From contig OZ024753.1 of assembly GCA_964016885.1 (NCBI GenBank), positions 14,694,001-14,758,000 of the forward strand: a stretch of DNA of 64,000 nt, in the 5' to 3' direction. Shown in pieces: positions 26,905 through 42,505 of the stretch. Position 1 is the stretch's first letter. Each line of letters begins with the position of its first letter. Under the pieces are notes generated by a model, which was not told the origin of the DNA, made no database searches, and saw nothing but the letters and a program-made list of their open reading frames with translations. The DNA is from Eledone cirrhosa. Its lineage: Eukaryota. A program made the translations under genes and the position numbers.

Positions 26905-29389
26905 TCTCTGGAGAGATAAGACTTTTCTGTGGAGAGAGAGAGATGAGTTTTCTGTGGAGAGAGATATGACTTTTCTATGGAGAGAGATAGACTTTTCTGT
27001 GGAGAAAGAGGAGTTTTCTGTGGAGAGAGATATGACTTTTCTATGGAGAGATATAGACTTTTCTGTGGAGAGAGATAGACTTTTCTATGGAGAGATATAG
27101 ACTTTTCTATGCAGAGATATAGACTTTTCTATGGAGAGATATAGACTTTTCTATGAAGAGAGATAGACTTTTCTATGGAGGGAGATAGACTTTTCTATGG
27201 AGAGATATAGACTTTTCTGTGGAGAGAGATAGACTTTTCTATGGAGAGATATAGACTTTTCTATGGAGAGATATAGACTTTTCTATGGAGAGATATAGAC
27301 TTTTCTATGGAGAGATATAGACTTTTCTATGGAGAGATATAGACTTTTCTATGGAGAGATATAGACTTTTCTATGAAGAGAGATAGACTTTTCTATGGAG
27401 GGAGATAGACTTTTCTATGGAGAGATATAGACTTTTCTATGGAGAGATATAGACTTTTCTATGGAGAGATATAGACTTTTCTATGGAGAGATATAGACTT
27501 TTCTATGGAGAGATATAGACTTTTCTATGGAGAGATATAGACTTTTCTGTGGAGAGATATAGACTTTTCTGTGGAGAGAGATAGACTTTTCTATGGAGAG
27601 ATATAGACTTTTCTATGGAGAGATATAGACTTTTCTATGGAGAGATATAGACTTTTCTATGGAGAGATATAGACTTTTCTATGGAGAGAGATATGACTTT
27701 TCTATGGAGAGAGATAGACTTTTCTATGGAGAGAGATAGACTTTTCTATGGAGAGATATAGACTTTTCTATGGAGAGATATAGACTTTTCTATGGAGAGA
27801 GATAGACTTTTCTGTGAAGAGAGATAGACTTTTCTATGGAGAGAGATAGACTTTTCTGTGGAGAGAGAGATGTGTTTTCTGTGGAGAGAGATATGACTTT
27901 TCTATGGAGAGAGATAGACTTTTCTGTGGAGAGATATAGACTTTTCTATGGAGAGATATAGACTTTTCTATGGAGAGAGATAGACTTTTCTATGGAGAGA
28001 GATAGACTTTTCTATGGAGAGAGATAGACTTTTCTGTGGAGAGAGATATGACTTTTCTATGGAGAGATATAGACTTTTCTGTGGAGAGAGATATGACTTT
28101 TCTATGGAGAGATATAGACTTTTCTATGAAGAGAGATAGACTTTTCTATGGAGAGAGAGATATGACTTTTCTGTGGAGAGATATAGACTTTTCTATGGAC
28201 AGATATAGACTTTTCTATGGACAGATATAGACTTTTCTATGAAGAGAGATAGACTTTTCTATGGAGAGAGATAGACTTTTCTATGGAGAGAGATAGACTT
28301 TTCTATGGAGAGATATAGACTTTTCTATGGAGAGATATAGACTTTTCTATGGAGAGAGATAGACTTTTCTATGGAGAGATATAGACTTTTCTATGGAGAG
28401 ATATAGACTTTTCTATGGAGAGAGATAGACTTTTCTGTGAAGAGAGATAGACTTTTCTATGGAGAGAGATAGACTTTTCTGTGGAGAGAGAGATGTGTTT
28501 TCTGTGGAGAGAGATATGACTTTTCTATGGAGAGAGATAGACTTTTCTGTGGAGAGATATAGACTTTTCTATGGAGAGATATAGACTTTTCTATGGAGAG
28601 AGATATGACTTTTCTGTGGAGAGAGAGATGTGTTTTCTGTGGAGAGAGAGATGTGTTTTCTGTGGAGAGAGAGATGTGTTTTCTGTGGAGAGAGATATGA
28701 CTTTTCTATGGAGAGAGATAGACTTTTCTGTGGAGAGATATAGACTTTTCTATGGAGAGATATAGACTTTTCTATGGAGAGAGATATGACTTTTCTGTGG
28801 AGAGAGAGATGTGTTTTCTGTGGAGAGAGAGATGTGTTTTCTGTGGAGAGAGAGATGTGTTTTCTGTGGAGAGAGATATGACTTTTCTATGGAGAGATAT
28901 AGACTTTTCTATGGAGAGAGATATGACTTTTCTATGGAGAGATATAGACTTTTCTGTGGAGAGAGATATGACTTTTCTATGGAGAGATATGACTTTTCTG
29001 TGGAGAGAGATAGACTTTTCTATGGAGAGAGAGATGTGTTTTCTGTGGAGAAAGATATGACTTTTCTATGAAGAGAGATATGACTTTTCTGTGGAGAGAT
29101 ATTGACTTTTCTATGGACAGATATAAACTTTTCTATGGACAGATATAGACTTTTCTATGAAGAGAGATAGACTTTTCTATGGAGAGAGATAGACTTTTCT
29201 ATGGAGAGATATAAACTTTTCTATGGAGAGAGATAGACTTTTCTATGGAGAGAGATAGACTTTTCTATGAAGAGAGATAGACTTTTCTATGGAGAGAGAT
29301 AGACTTTTCTATGGAGAGAGATAGACTTTTCTATGGAGAGAGATAGACTTTTCTATGGAGAGAGATAGACTTTTCTGTGGAGAGATATA
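26905..29389. repeat. 2.5-kb 22-bp minisatellite AGACTTTTCTATGGAGAGATAT
   Basis: Direct tandem reading, roughly 110 units. Confidence 0.96.
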
Positions 29390-29842
29390 TTTGAAATTTT
29401 ATTTCACTTTTACATCACAGAAGAAAATAACAAAAACAACAAATAACAAAACAGCCTTCTAGGATTTTTTCCACCATCACCACTGCTACCACCATCACCA
29501 CCACAGCCACCACCACTACCACTGCCACCACCACTGCCACTGCAACCCTCACTGCTACCACCACCACCACCACTGCCACCACTACTGCCACCCCCACCAC
29601 TCTAATAAACAGCAACAACAATAGCACCACCACCAGCCTCACAAACATCACCACACACACACCAAAAAAAGCACATCATTTTAACTTTCAGCCCCACCAT
29701 AAAACAAACACTTCTTAAGATCTGTTCTGGTTAAATGCCATTATCAGATTATATAAAACACTTTCCTTAATATTTGCCAGTTTTAGAAACATAAGAATTT
29801 CCTTTTAGATCAGCCGAACAATTAAAAAGCATCTCTGTTATG

Positions 29843-31410
29843 ACATCATCATCATCACCGTTTTACATCCATTCTTTCACGCTAGCATGACTAAGATGGG
29901 TTGTCCTGTTGTGAGCAGTGTCCAGTGGGCTAACCTTGTCTTGCTCATACAGGGAACTGATTCTGACTTGATTTCTACAGCTGGATGCCCTTCCTAACAC
30001 CAACCAGTTTACAGTGAGTGCTTTTTTCCCGTGGCGCCTACAGTCCACTTTACAGTGTGGGCTGGGTTTCTTTTTTGCCGTGGCACCTCCACGACCACTT
30101 TGCAGTGGGTGGGTGGGGTTTCATATTGTCTATATGCTTCAGCTTTGGCTTGTTCCTGTGGGGGTTTGGGTCTTCTGTATTACTGCGTGACGTCAGATGT
30201 CACGGTCGTGTGTCATTGCCCTTGAGAATTGGGTAAGGTCAGCCTTTATCACCTCATCTCAGGTCTTCCTTACAATTCTGTAATTCTCCTTTTTCACCCT
30301 AAATAGTTAGTTTGTGAAACACATGGCTTGCTAGTTAGGGTAATTTTGTGCCCTAAATAGTTAGATTGTACAACTCTAAATTGCCTTTTTTTAGTCATAC
30401 ACATCTTGAACGGCTTTGCTAAATTTATATTTTAATGAAAGGTCTTTTAGCTTCCAGACCTTTCTTTTCCACACCTTCCTATCTGTCTCATTCTTTCTCT
30501 TGTTTACTGAGATGTCACTAACGACTAACCTATGCTGTGGGGTACATTCTTCCCCGGGGTATGCCTTAGTATTTGACACCATCTGTCTGTCTCACTGTCT
30601 AACTAGCAGGAAGTCAATCTGGCTTATGTGCTCGCCAGATCTGTAGGTTATTAGGTGGTTGGTAGGCTTCTGGAAGTTAGTGTTGCAAATGGTTAGTGCA
30701 TTTGCATCACAAACTTCAAGAAGCCTCACTCCTTCTTCATTTCTTGAGCCGTAACCATGCCCACCATGTACCCCTGTGTATCCATCCTGGAGCTGTCCAA
30801 CATGACCAGTGAAGTCCCTTGCTATTATAACGATGTCTCCATTCTCTGTCATTGCGGCTGTTTGTAAAAGTTGCTTGTAAAAGCAGTCTTTCTCTACTTT
30901 AGCTAGGCCTGCCTGGGGAGCATAGGCAGAGATGATTGTCATTAGTCTCTTGCCTACAACTAATCTAAGCTTAATTATTCTATTACTAACTCTAACTACC
31001 TCTATTGTCTTATCGATCCATCTCTCAGCCAGTAATATGTGTTCCCGCCCCCCACCTAACCCATCATCATTACCCACCCAGAAAAGCTTATAACTACGAT
31101 GTTTGCCTGCGATTAATCTTGCAGAGGCACCTCTCCATCTCACCTCTTACATGCAGCAGACATCCACATGCCTTCTCTCCAGCATCTCCGCTATCTCACC
31201 AGATCTACCTGTGAGAGTGCCAACATTAAGTGTGGCAACTCTGAGATGCGACTTCTTGTTCTTTTTCCTGTTGTGATTGCTTGATGACGGTCGTGGGGTT
31301 CTCACACATGGCCTCACCAGCCACCCCACTACGGTGCGCAGCCCTAACATGGTTAGTGTTATTGCTGTTGACGCAGTTGTTGCGATTCTTATTTGTTGAG
31401 CTCATAATTT
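29843..31410 (-). mobile_element. Internally deleted RTE LINE (endonuclease joined to extreme 3' end)
   Basis: EN peptides (VATLNVGTLTGRSGEI, SAYAPQ, SQIDFLL) fuse near 30270 to DEVIKADLTQ, the 3' UTR and the (GAT)n tail. Confidence 0.8.
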
Positions 31411-31754
31411 TGGCATTTATTGTACTGGTTGGATGCCCTTCCTAACACCAGAACCACTTTACAGCATGGACTCGGTGCTTTTATTCGTGCCACCTGCAAT
31501 AGAGTGGTTTTCTTACTGGACTCAGGGGCCCTCTTTACCCCTTCATTTTACAGCAGGGACTGGGTGCTTTTATTTGTGCCACCATATATATATATATGTA
31601 TGTATATATATATATATGTATGTATATATATATATATATGTACATATATATATATATGTATGTATATATGTACGTATATATATATATGTATGTATATATG
31701 TATGTATATATATATATGTATGTATATATGTATGTATATATATATGTGTGTATG

Positions 31755-31787
<33 letters not shown>

Positions 31788-32133
31788 ATATATATATATG
31801 TATGTATATATATATATATGTACATATATATATATATACATACATATATATATATATATATACATACATATATATATATATATACATACATATATACATA
31901 CATATATATACATATATATATGTATGTATATATATAAATATATATATATGTATGTATATATATAAATATATATATATACATACATATATACATACATATA
32001 TATATACATACACACATATATATATACATACATATATACATACATATATATACATATATATATGTATGTATATATATATATAAATATATATATATATATG
32101 TATGTATATATATAAATATATATATATACATAC

Positions 32134-32166
<33 letters not shown>

Positions 32167-32303
32167 CATACATATATACATACATATATATATATACATA
32201 CAAATATACACATACATATATACATACATATATATATATACATACATATATACATACATATATATATATACATACATATATACATACATACATATATATA
32301 TAC

Positions 32304-32346
<43 letters not shown>

Positions 32347-32356
32347 CATATATATG

Positions 32357-33995
32357 ACAAATGGCTTGTGAGAGCTATACAAGCCATGTATAAAGAAACA
32401 GTCAGCAAGGTTAGAATTAACAACGAATATAGTGAAGAGTTAAGCGTAAAAGTTAGTGTCCATCACGGCTCTGTTCTTAGCCCCCTACTATTTATTATTG
32501 CCCTTCAGGCTATAACAGAGGAGTTCAAGACAGGCTGCCCATGGGAACTCCTATACGCAGACGACCTGACACTCATAGCGGAATCAATGACCAAACTAGA
32601 GAAGAAATTCCAAACATGGAAGCACGGCCTAGAATCAAAAGGCCTTAAAATTAACCTGGCTAAGACTAAAGTTCTAGTTTGTAGGAAAGAAAATAAGGCG
32701 GCAGTCCCTTCCGGGAAATGGTCATGCTCAGTGTGTAGGAAAGGCGTAGGTAGAAACTCCATTTTATGTCCCAAATGCAAAGTATGGGTGCATAAAAGAT
32801 GTAGTGGGATCACAGGTAAGCTAACTAAGAACATAGATTTTACATGTGGTCGGTGCTCTGGTGCAATAAGTAGCAGCAAGTGCCCACAAAATACTAGCTC
32901 TTTCAATTGCACAGAGGGTTCTATAGAAATAGTGGACAGCTTCCGTTACCTGGGTGACAAAATCAGCAGTGGGGGAGGGTGCTCTGAAAGTACAGTAGCT
33001 AGAGTCAGAACTGGATGGAAAAAGTTCAGAGAGCTTATACCACTATTAGCCACTAAAGGGTTCTCCCTAAAAATGAAAGGCAGGTTATACGATGCCTGCA
33101 TACGAACGGCAATGCTGCATCGCAGTGAGACCTGGGCATTGTGTGCAGAGGATATACGCAGACTAGAGAGGAACGAAGCTTGCATGCTCCGCTGGATGTG
33201 TAATAGTAATATACGTGAACGGCTAAGCATAAACAAACTAAGGAAAAAATTAGAAATAAGAGGGATCAGATATTGATTACTCGAGAGAAGGCTACGTTGG
33301 TATGGTCACGTGATGCGCATGAAAGACGACAGCTGTATAACAAAGTGCAGGGCAATAAAGATAGACGGTAGCCACGGAGTAGGCAGACCCAGAAAAACCT
33401 GGGACGACATGATAAATTCCGACCTCACACGCTTACACCTCTCCAAGACAATATCACTGGACCGAGACCTTTGGCGGTACTCAGTAATAGAGAAGACCCG
33501 CCTTACCTAAATATAAAGTAAAACCTACTACAGTCAGTAGGCATCTCTATCAAAACACACCCCCGTCCCACCACCCCCACCCCATCCACACCGCCCCTTT
33601 CAATGTAAAGTTATGTTGGTGTCACAACATCCAGGCCGAAACAAATAAGATCGTGTAGGTGTCACGACAAAAAAACACACAGTCCACGCTGTAAATATGG
33701 CCGTGTAGGCAACACGGTAAAAAGCTCCCAGCCCCACACTGTAAATGTGGTTGGTGTTAGGAAGGGCATCCAGCTGTAGAAAACCCGCCAGACAGTCCAC
33801 GCTGTAATGTGGCCGTGTAGGCAACACGGTAAAAACCTCCCAGCCCCACACTGTAAATGTGGTTGGTGTTAGGAAGGGCATCCAGCTGTAGAAAACCCGC
33901 CAGACAGTCCGCCTCAAGTGGGAAAACTCCCGTCCAAACCCATGCAAGCGTGGAACACAGACGCTAAACCTTGATCATGATGATGATGATGATGA
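32357..33995 (+). mobile_element. 5'-truncated PHD-RTE LINE (related subfamily)
   Basis: ORF 32368-33276 with YADD and PHD finger (32725-32856), premature stop, then 3' UTR and (GAT)n. Confidence 0.92.
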
Positions 33996-33998
33996 TAT

Positions 33999-34237
33999 AT
34001 GGTGGTTGCCAACTCGTTTTCGAGTACAGCCACTACTTTATATCCATGTAGGAGAACCCCTACCGATGCGCTGAATGAGTGTGACTTTTTAGTCCAGCCA
34101 GCGACTTGAAAACTCTGGTACAAACACTACACTTGTGACAATTATTGACACATAGTGCTGTGCCCATGGTACCATGTGACGACAAGTGTAGCGAGATCTC
34201 CAGATATAAAGCAATGCCTGTGCCGTGAAGCTTTTAT
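33999..34237 (-). mobile_element. ~240-bp 3' end of a C2H2-finger RTE (near-identical copy at 45791-46029)
   Basis: Minus strand encodes HKCSVCTRVFKSLAGLKSHTHSAHR* followed by the tail GTACTCGAAAACGAGTTGGCAACCACCAT. Confidence 0.75.
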
Positions 34238-34986
34238 AGTGAGCAAAGGCACTGCACTCTCTTAACCAAGATGATATTTACCAAAAAGAAGAACAAGTCA
34301 ACATCATTGGACACCATCAGGGTTGCAGGTGTTATATCAGAGTTTTCCTTCTCCTAGAATTCTGCCTTGACAAAGACTAAGGGATCATCTCTCCCGGTGA
34401 TTTTGGATGGTCATTGACTCTTAAGAGCTCCTTTGCTCTTTGACAGGTTTTGTTTTTAGTCCTGCAGGATGTCCAAAGTCACCCTCCTAACCAAGAAACC
34501 TTGGTAGCGTTGCCAGTTTAGGTCGCCAACAACCTGACCATGAGACAGGTTGGACTGGGATACATGTTACCAGTAGCACCAACTGGTGACCTGATATATA
34601 TATACATACATATATATATACATATATACATATATATACATATATTATCATTATCATCATCATCATTTTACGTCCACTTTTCCCTGCTTGCAAGGGTGGG
34701 ACGGGAACTGATTCTGGCTTGATTTCTACAGCTGGATGCCCTTCCTAACACCAACCTCATTTACAGTGAGTGCTGGGTGCTTTTTTGCCGTGGCACCTCC
34801 ACGACCACTTTACAGTGGAATGATATGGCCCCCAGTCCCTATCATCTCATTTCTACAGCTGAGTAAACTGGAGCAATGTGAAATAAAGTGTCTTGCTCAA
34901 GGAAACAACACATCACCCGGGCTGAGAATTGAACTCACAATCTTTCGATTGCAAGGCCAATGCTCTAACCACTAAGCCATATGCCT

Positions 34987-35133
<147 letters not shown>

Positions 35134-35602
35134 TAATATACATATACATACATACATAATATATATATACAGCGGACGTAAAATGATGATGATGATATAT
35201 ATATATATATAAATATATTCATATATATATACATACATAAATATATTCATATATATATACATACATAAATATATTCATATATATATACATACATATTTAT
35301 ATATATACATATATATACATTCATATATATATATATACATACACATATATATATATATACATAAATATATTCATATATACATACATAAATATATTTATAT
35401 ATATATATACATACATATTTATATATATACATATATATACAATATATATATACATTCATATATATATACACACACATATATATATAACTATATATATAAC
35501 ACTTCGGCGCCGCTAGTCACAGCACGTGCTGTTTTAGCCATACGATGATGCCCTCCCACTGGCTGGGCGGGCAGGCCGATATATGTATTTACATATATAT
35601 GA

Positions 35603-36370
35603 AGGCTTCAAAAGGCTTCTCCCTCAAAATGAAAGGCAGACTGTATGATGCGTGTATCCGAACAGCGATGTTGCATGGTAGTGAGACCTGGGCGCTGAAG
35701 GTGGAAGACTTACGTAGATTAGAGAGAAACGAAGCCTGCATGCTCCGATGGATGTGTAATAGTAATATACGCGAACGACAAAGCATAGATGAATTGAGAG
35801 AGAGACTGAGCATAAGAGGAATCAAATGCTGTGTGCAGGAGAGGCGGGTGCGCTGGTATGGACATATGATGCGTACGAAGGATAACAGCTGCATAAAAAG
35901 GTGCAGAGCACTAGAAGTCGATGGAAACCGCGGAGTGGGGAGACCCAAGATGACCTGGGATGAGGTGATAAAAGCCGACCTTACCCAATTACACCTCTCA
36001 AAGGCGATGACACACGACCGTGACCTCTGGCATCACGCAGTAATACAGAGTACCCGACCTCCCATGGGTACAAGCTGAAGCATATAGACAATATGCCCCC
36101 ACACACCCCACTGCAAGGTGGTCGTGGAGGTGCCACGGCAAAAAAGCACCCAGCCCACACTGTAAGGTGGATGTGTAGGCACCACAAAAAAGCACCCAGC
36201 ACTCACTGTAAATGAGGTTGGTGTTAGGAAGGGCATCCAGCTGTAGAAATCAAGCCAGATCAGTTCCTGTATGAGCAAGGCATGGTCAGCCGACCAGACA
36301 CTGTCCACAACAAGACAACCCGTCTAACCCATGCTAGCGTGGAAGAACGGGTGTAAAAGGGTGATGATGA
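35603..36370 (+). mobile_element. 5'-truncated copy of the intact RTE LINE
   Basis: KGFSLKMKGRLYDACIRTAMLHGSETW...RPPMGTS is nearly identical to 59612-60079, plus the same 3' UTR. Confidence 0.95.
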
Positions 36371-37092
36371 AGTATTTCCGTAGAAAGGGTGAAGGAAAAG
36401 TGCTGTATGTATACTACGGAGCTATTTAATTATAATATATTTATTATAACATAAATAAATATATATACATATATACATATATATCATCATCATCATCATT
36501 TCATTTTACGTCCGCTTTTCCCTGCTTGCAAGGGTGGGACGGGAACTGATTCTGGCTTGATTTCTACAGCTGGATGCCCTTCCTAACACCAACCTCATTT
36601 ACAGAGAGTGCCGTGGCACCTCCATGACCACTTTACAGTGGAATGATAGGGACACCAGTCCCTATCATCTCATTTCTACAGCTGAGTAAGCTGGAGCAAT
36701 GTGAAATAAAGTGTATTGCTCAAGGAAACAACACATCACCCAGTCTGAGAATTGAACTCACAACCTTTCGATTGCAAGACCAATGCTCTAACCACTAAAC
36801 GATGTGCCTCCATATATATATAATAATTGTTTCTACGTTATGCACAAGGCCAGCAATTACCCAGTGCATTACTGGTACTTTATTTTATCGACTCCGTAAG
36901 GATGAAGGGCAAAGTTAACCTTGGTGGGATTTGAACTCAGAATGGCAAGGGCCGTAACTCTACACGTCAAAGCATGGCGTCCGACCCTCTACCAATACTG
37001 CCAATCCATCGCCCTTATATATATAAATATATAATAATAATAGTAATAAACGAACAAAATATACTTTATATCATTATTTTATTATATAGATT

Positions 37093-37453
37093 TTGACCTC
37101 TGGCGTCACGCAGTAATACAGAAGACCCGAGCCCCCACGGGTACAAGCAGAAGCATATAGACAATATGCCTCACACCCTCCCACTGCAAAGTGGTTATGG
37201 AGGTGGCACCAAAAATCACCCAGCCCACACTGTAAAGTGGACATGTAGGCGCCACGGAAAAAAAGCACCCAGCACTCACTGTAAATGAGGTTGGTGTTAG
37301 GAAGGGCATCCAGCTGTAGAAATCAAGCCAGAATCAGTTCCCGTATGAGCAAGAGAAAGCCTGCCAACTGGACACTGCCCAGAACAGGACAACCCGTCTA
37401 ACCCATGCTAGCATTGAAGAATGGACGTAAAACAGTGATGATGATGATGATGA
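37093..37453 (-). mobile_element. RTE LINE 3' end fragment; reads in the same (+) sense as the 60020-60387 tail
   Basis: GACCTCTGGCGTCACGCAGTAATACAG...GGAAGGGCATCCAGCTGTAGAAATC...(GAT)n. Confidence 0.6.
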
Positions 37454-37585
37454 TTTCGAATATGTAAAGTTTTATGTATAACATAAAGCAAAACGTGCAC
37501 TCAGATAAAATACATAGAAAGTGTATAATTTTTTTCCTGATATGCTGGTAGACAAACGAACCGGATAGATGGGTAACCACCAAGC

Positions 37586-37618
<33 letters not shown>

Positions 37619-38269
37619 ATGAAGGAGTTGTGGTAAGGAACAAGATGGACCATAACGCACCAGAGTAATACTCAATGTCCAGAAATAGTCTGTCGAAACG
37701 GCTTGAGCTCTGCCGTTGGGGTCATACATTTTCCTATATATATATATATATAGTTCAAGGAAACAACAAAGAGAGGTGCAAAAAGTCTTATTAGTTTTAC
37801 GCTTTATATTGGAAAGAGGAAAGAACATTTGACATCTCGGGTTTAAGGCCTTCTTCAGGAGTACAAATAGAGACAGGATCACAATGGAGAAACAGAAAAA
37901 AAGGTCCAGTAAAGACAAAAGACATCGAATATGTGAAGGCAAGTGGCTTATTGTTAGAGAGCTGGATTGACAATCATGAGGTTGTGAGTGTAATTCTTGA
38001 ACATGGGGATGCATTGAGTCCTTGAGCAAGTCACTTTATTTCCTGTGGCTTGAATTAACAGACAAAATATTAACAAATAGATGCACACCCATACACACGT
38101 TCATTTATTTGTGTAAGTATGCATTTATTTATGTATATGTGTATATACAAATATGTATGTATGTATAAGTATGTATACATATGCGTATATTTACTCCAGG
38201 ACAATATTTTATCCATATTTAAACGGTAACATTTGACTTAAATCTCATATAAAATACAAAGAAGCTTAC

Positions 38270-38270
38270 T

Positions 38271-38301
<31 letters not shown>

Positions 38302-38698
38302 CCACTATCATCATTACCACCATCATCAATATCATCATCACCACCATTACCACCACCATCAATATCATCATCACCACCATTACCACCACCATCACCACCA
38401 TTACCACCACCATCAATATCATCATCACCACCACCATTACCCCCAACATCACCACCACCATCATCACCACCACCATTACCACCACCACCACCATCATCAC
38501 CACCACCATTACCACTACCACCACCACCACCACCATTACCACCACCATCATCACTACCACCGTTACCACCACCACCATCATCATCACCACCACCACCATC
38601 ATCACCACCACCATCACCAACACCATCACCACCATTACCACCCCCACCATCACCACCACCATCACCACCATTACCACCACCACCACCACCATCATCAA
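38270..38698. repeat. (CAC/CAT)n trinucleotide tract
   Basis: Direct reading. Comparable tracts at 29472-29660 and (GAT)n at 41602-42102. Confidence 0.93.
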
Positions 38699-41600
38699 CA
38701 AAAATGTAGTAAATCTTTATATACATATGTGTGTGTGTGTGTGAGTGTCTTTCTGTGTGAGTGTGTTTGCTTGTGTGTGTGTGTGTGTGTGTTTGCTTCT
38801 GTGAGTGTGTTTGCTTGTGTGTGTGTGAATGTGTTTGCTTGTGTGTGTGTGTTTGCTTGTATGTGTGTGTGTGTTTGCTTGTATGTGTGTGTGTTTGCTT
38901 GTGTGTGTGTTTACTTGTGTGTGTGTGTATGTGTGTTTACTTGTGTGTGTGTTTACTTGTGTGTGTGTGTGTGTGTGTTTACTTGTGTGTGTGTGTGTGT
39001 TTGCTTGTGTGTGTGAGTGTGTTTGCATGTGTGTGTTTTTGCTTGTATGAGTGGGTGTGTTTGCTTGTAGGTGTGTGTGTGTTTGCTTGCGTGTGTGTGT
39101 GTGTTTGCTTGTATGTGTGTGTTTGCTTGTATGAGTGTGTGTGTGACTGTGTTTGCTTGTATGTGTGTGAGTGTGTGTTTGCTTGTATGTGAGTGTGTCT
39201 ATCTATGTATCTGTATATTTATCTGTTATATTACCATATCCTCAGACCAGGGCCACTAATCTCTCTCTCACCAAATATTGCCTTTTGCTGGAGTCTGTTT
39301 GGAGTAAATTACTTGGAGTAGTTTTAAAGAATTTTATCTTGAGGGCAAAAAGATTTACATAAGATACTTAAACATTAATTTCATGTTAATGACTAATTGA
39401 AATATTTTTAATCATCAATAAACACAACCTTCCAATAATCATGTGTCTACTTTTGGCACAAGGCCAGCGATTACCCCAGTGTATTGCTGGTACTTTATTT
39501 TATCGACCTCGGTGGATCTGAACTCAGAACGTAAAGTGATGTAACTCTATGCTGTAAAGCACGGCGTACGGTACTTCCAATAATAAGTGTTTCTAATTTT
39601 GGCACAAGGCCAGCAATTACCCCAGTGTATTGCTGGTACTTTATTATATCGACCCCGTAAGGATGTTACACAAAGTTAAACTCGGCGGATTTGAGCTCAG
39701 AACGTAAAGCGACGTCACTTTATGCTGTTAAGGATGGTGTCTGACGCTCTACCAATACTGCCAACCACCGCCCAATAATAATAATAAACAAAACAGACAA
39801 ATAACTATTTATAATCCTCTCTTTATGAATATGGCAACCTTTTTAATGATGTTTTTTCCTTTAAAACAATTTCCCCTCCAGCAATGAAGCCACATTGGCA
39901 GATAGTAATGGATTAGATTCTTGAAGGATTATTTTTCTTTTACATTTGCAATTTGTGAAATTTGATGAATAATAATAATAATAATTGTTTCTACTTTTGG
40001 CACAAGGTCAGCAATTACCCAGTACATTACTGGTACTTTATTTTATCGACCCCGTAAGGATGAAAGGCAAAGTTAACCTTGGAGGGATATGTACTCAGTC
40101 TGTAAAAGGACGTAACTATGCTGCAAAGTATGGCATCCGACCCTCTTCCCATACTGCCAATCCACCTTCTGATTTAGGCAAAAGGCCAACAATTTTGGGG
40201 GACGCAAAAGGCAAATAAATCAACTCCAGTGCGTTACTGGTATTTTATTTTATCAACCACGTAAGGATGAAAGGCAAAGTTAACCTCATCATCATCATCA
40301 TCATCATTTTTACGTCCACTTTTCCCTGCTTGCAAGGGTGGGACGGGAACTGATTTTGGCTTGATTTCTACAGCTGGATGCCCTTCCTAACACCAACCTC
40401 ATTTACAGTGAGTGCTGGGTGCTTTTTTGCCATGGCACCTCCACGACCACTTTGCAGTGGAATGGTATGGACCCCAGTCCCTATCATCTCATTTCTACAG
40501 CTGAGTAAACTGGAGCAATATGAAATTTAGTGTCTTGCTCAAGGAAACAACACATCACCCGGTCTGAGAATTGAACTCACAACCTTTCGATTGCAAAGCC
40601 AATGCTCTAACCACTAAGCCATGTGCCTCCATATACTTGAATATAAGTGGAGGAATATGTGATCCCCCCCCAAAAAATCGATGGTAGAATGCAGGAGGGG
40701 TTGGGTTGTATTCAGGGTCAGTTTTTTGTTGATTTTCACCAACTTCAAATTCTACATAAATAAGGTTTGGGCATAAAATAGTGGGGTCGGCTTATATTCG
40801 AGTATGTATGGTAGTTATCTGACTAGCTTAGTCTCAAACCATGATGACACTTCCATCCAATATTAGCATGGAAAGTGATGATGATGATGATATTTATTGT
40901 GTAGAGATTCCGGTGATGGTGGAGCAGGGTAGGTTTAAAGTCTAAAGTCTGTCTCAACCCCTGAGTCTTATCAGGCTGGTGCTACCCCAGTTTCCATGGT
41001 GTTAAGCGACCAAGAGTACAAAAACCTGCCCCCCCCCCCCTAGATAGGACACCACTCCTTCACATGGTTAAACACCCAGATATTGCTGGTAATCATTTTC
41101 AGCTGAGTATACTGGAGCAACATGAAATGAAGAGTTTTGCTCAAGAACAACACACAACCCAGCCCAGGAATTGAACACACAACATTACAATTGTAAGTCC
41201 AACACCCTTACCACTAGGATAGGAGTGAGACACATTTGTAGGGAGAGAATGTTAAAATATGTCTTTCTCATTTACAGTTGAGTTTTTGTGGAGTTTTCAT
41301 GTAGGTTTCTGATTTACAGAAAAGATTTGCAATTCTTTCATTAATTTCATTAGTTTTATTTATTTTATTAGTTTTGTTAGTTTTATTTATTTTTATTAGT
41401 TTTGTTAGTTTTATTTATTTTTATTAGTTTTGTTAGTTTTATTTATTTTTATTAGTTTTGTTAGTTTTATTTATTTTTATTAGTTTTGTTAGTTTTATTT
41501 TATTTCTACAAGTTAATTGTTATTCCAATTAGTTTCAAGAAGCATACTGTGGAAGGAACAGAACTTTAACGATGAAACATTTATATATTAATTATGCGGA

Positions 41601-41643
<43 letters not shown>

Positions 41644-41645
41644 CA

Positions 41646-41676
<31 letters not shown>

Positions 41677-42463
41677 CAATGATGATGATGATATAATATG
41701 ATGATGATGATGATGATGATATAATATGATGATGTTGAAAATGGCAATGGTGATGATGATGATAATGATATAATATGATGATGAGGATGAAAATGATGAT
41801 GATGAAAATGGTGATGATGGTGATGATGAAAATGATGATGATGAAAATGATGATGAAAATGGTGATGGTGATGATGATAATGATATAATATGATGAGGAT
41901 GAAAATGATGATGATGAAAATGGTGATGATGATGATGATGAAAATGGTGATGATGAAAATGATGATGATGAAAATGGTGATGATGATAATGATATAATAT
42001 GATGAGGATGAAAATGATGATGATGAAAATGGTGATGATGATGATGATAAGGATGACGACGATAGTGATGATATCATATAATAATGATGGTGATGATGAT
42101 GACTGACAATGCTCCTGCTGCTGTACAAATGACCTGCGGCCTTATGGCAATAATTACTGACAGAGCTTGTTGTAGTTATCTTCTCTGCAATAGTTTTCAA
42201 TAATTTTTGTTATGTTTGTGTTTCTTTAAATAATGACTACCTTGAAAAAGGAATAGTTTTTGTTTACCATTCTATTCGTTTCAGTCATGTGACTGAGCTG
42301 TGCATGCTGGGACACTGCCTTAAAGACAAAATATATTCACTCTAATATTTACTATTTCATGTCTGCCACTGTTTTATTGATCTCTTTTTGTCAAACCACT
42401 AAGTTATCGGACACTAACAGATATTGATTTACTCTTAAACATACATTCATTCATACACACACA

Positions 42464-42505
<42 letters not shown>

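Noticed and set aside
26905-29389. Regular short repeats resembling a CRISPR array
   Set aside because: No unique spacers and a eukaryotic context; it is a plain 22-bp minisatellite.
30270-33995. Twin-priming inversion joining the minus EN fragment and the plus RT fragment
   Set aside because: The minus piece has its own 3' UTR and tail, and other repeats intervene, so two separate insertions are simpler.
37823-37865. CTGAAGA-AGGCC..CCC-GAGA-TGTC (minus) as a hammerhead
   Set aside because: GAAA box mutated and stem I unpaired; at most a decayed PLE end.
38219-42200. Gly/Asp-, Val/Met- and His-rich ORFs
   Set aside because: Trinucleotide repeat artefacts with no splice or homology support.
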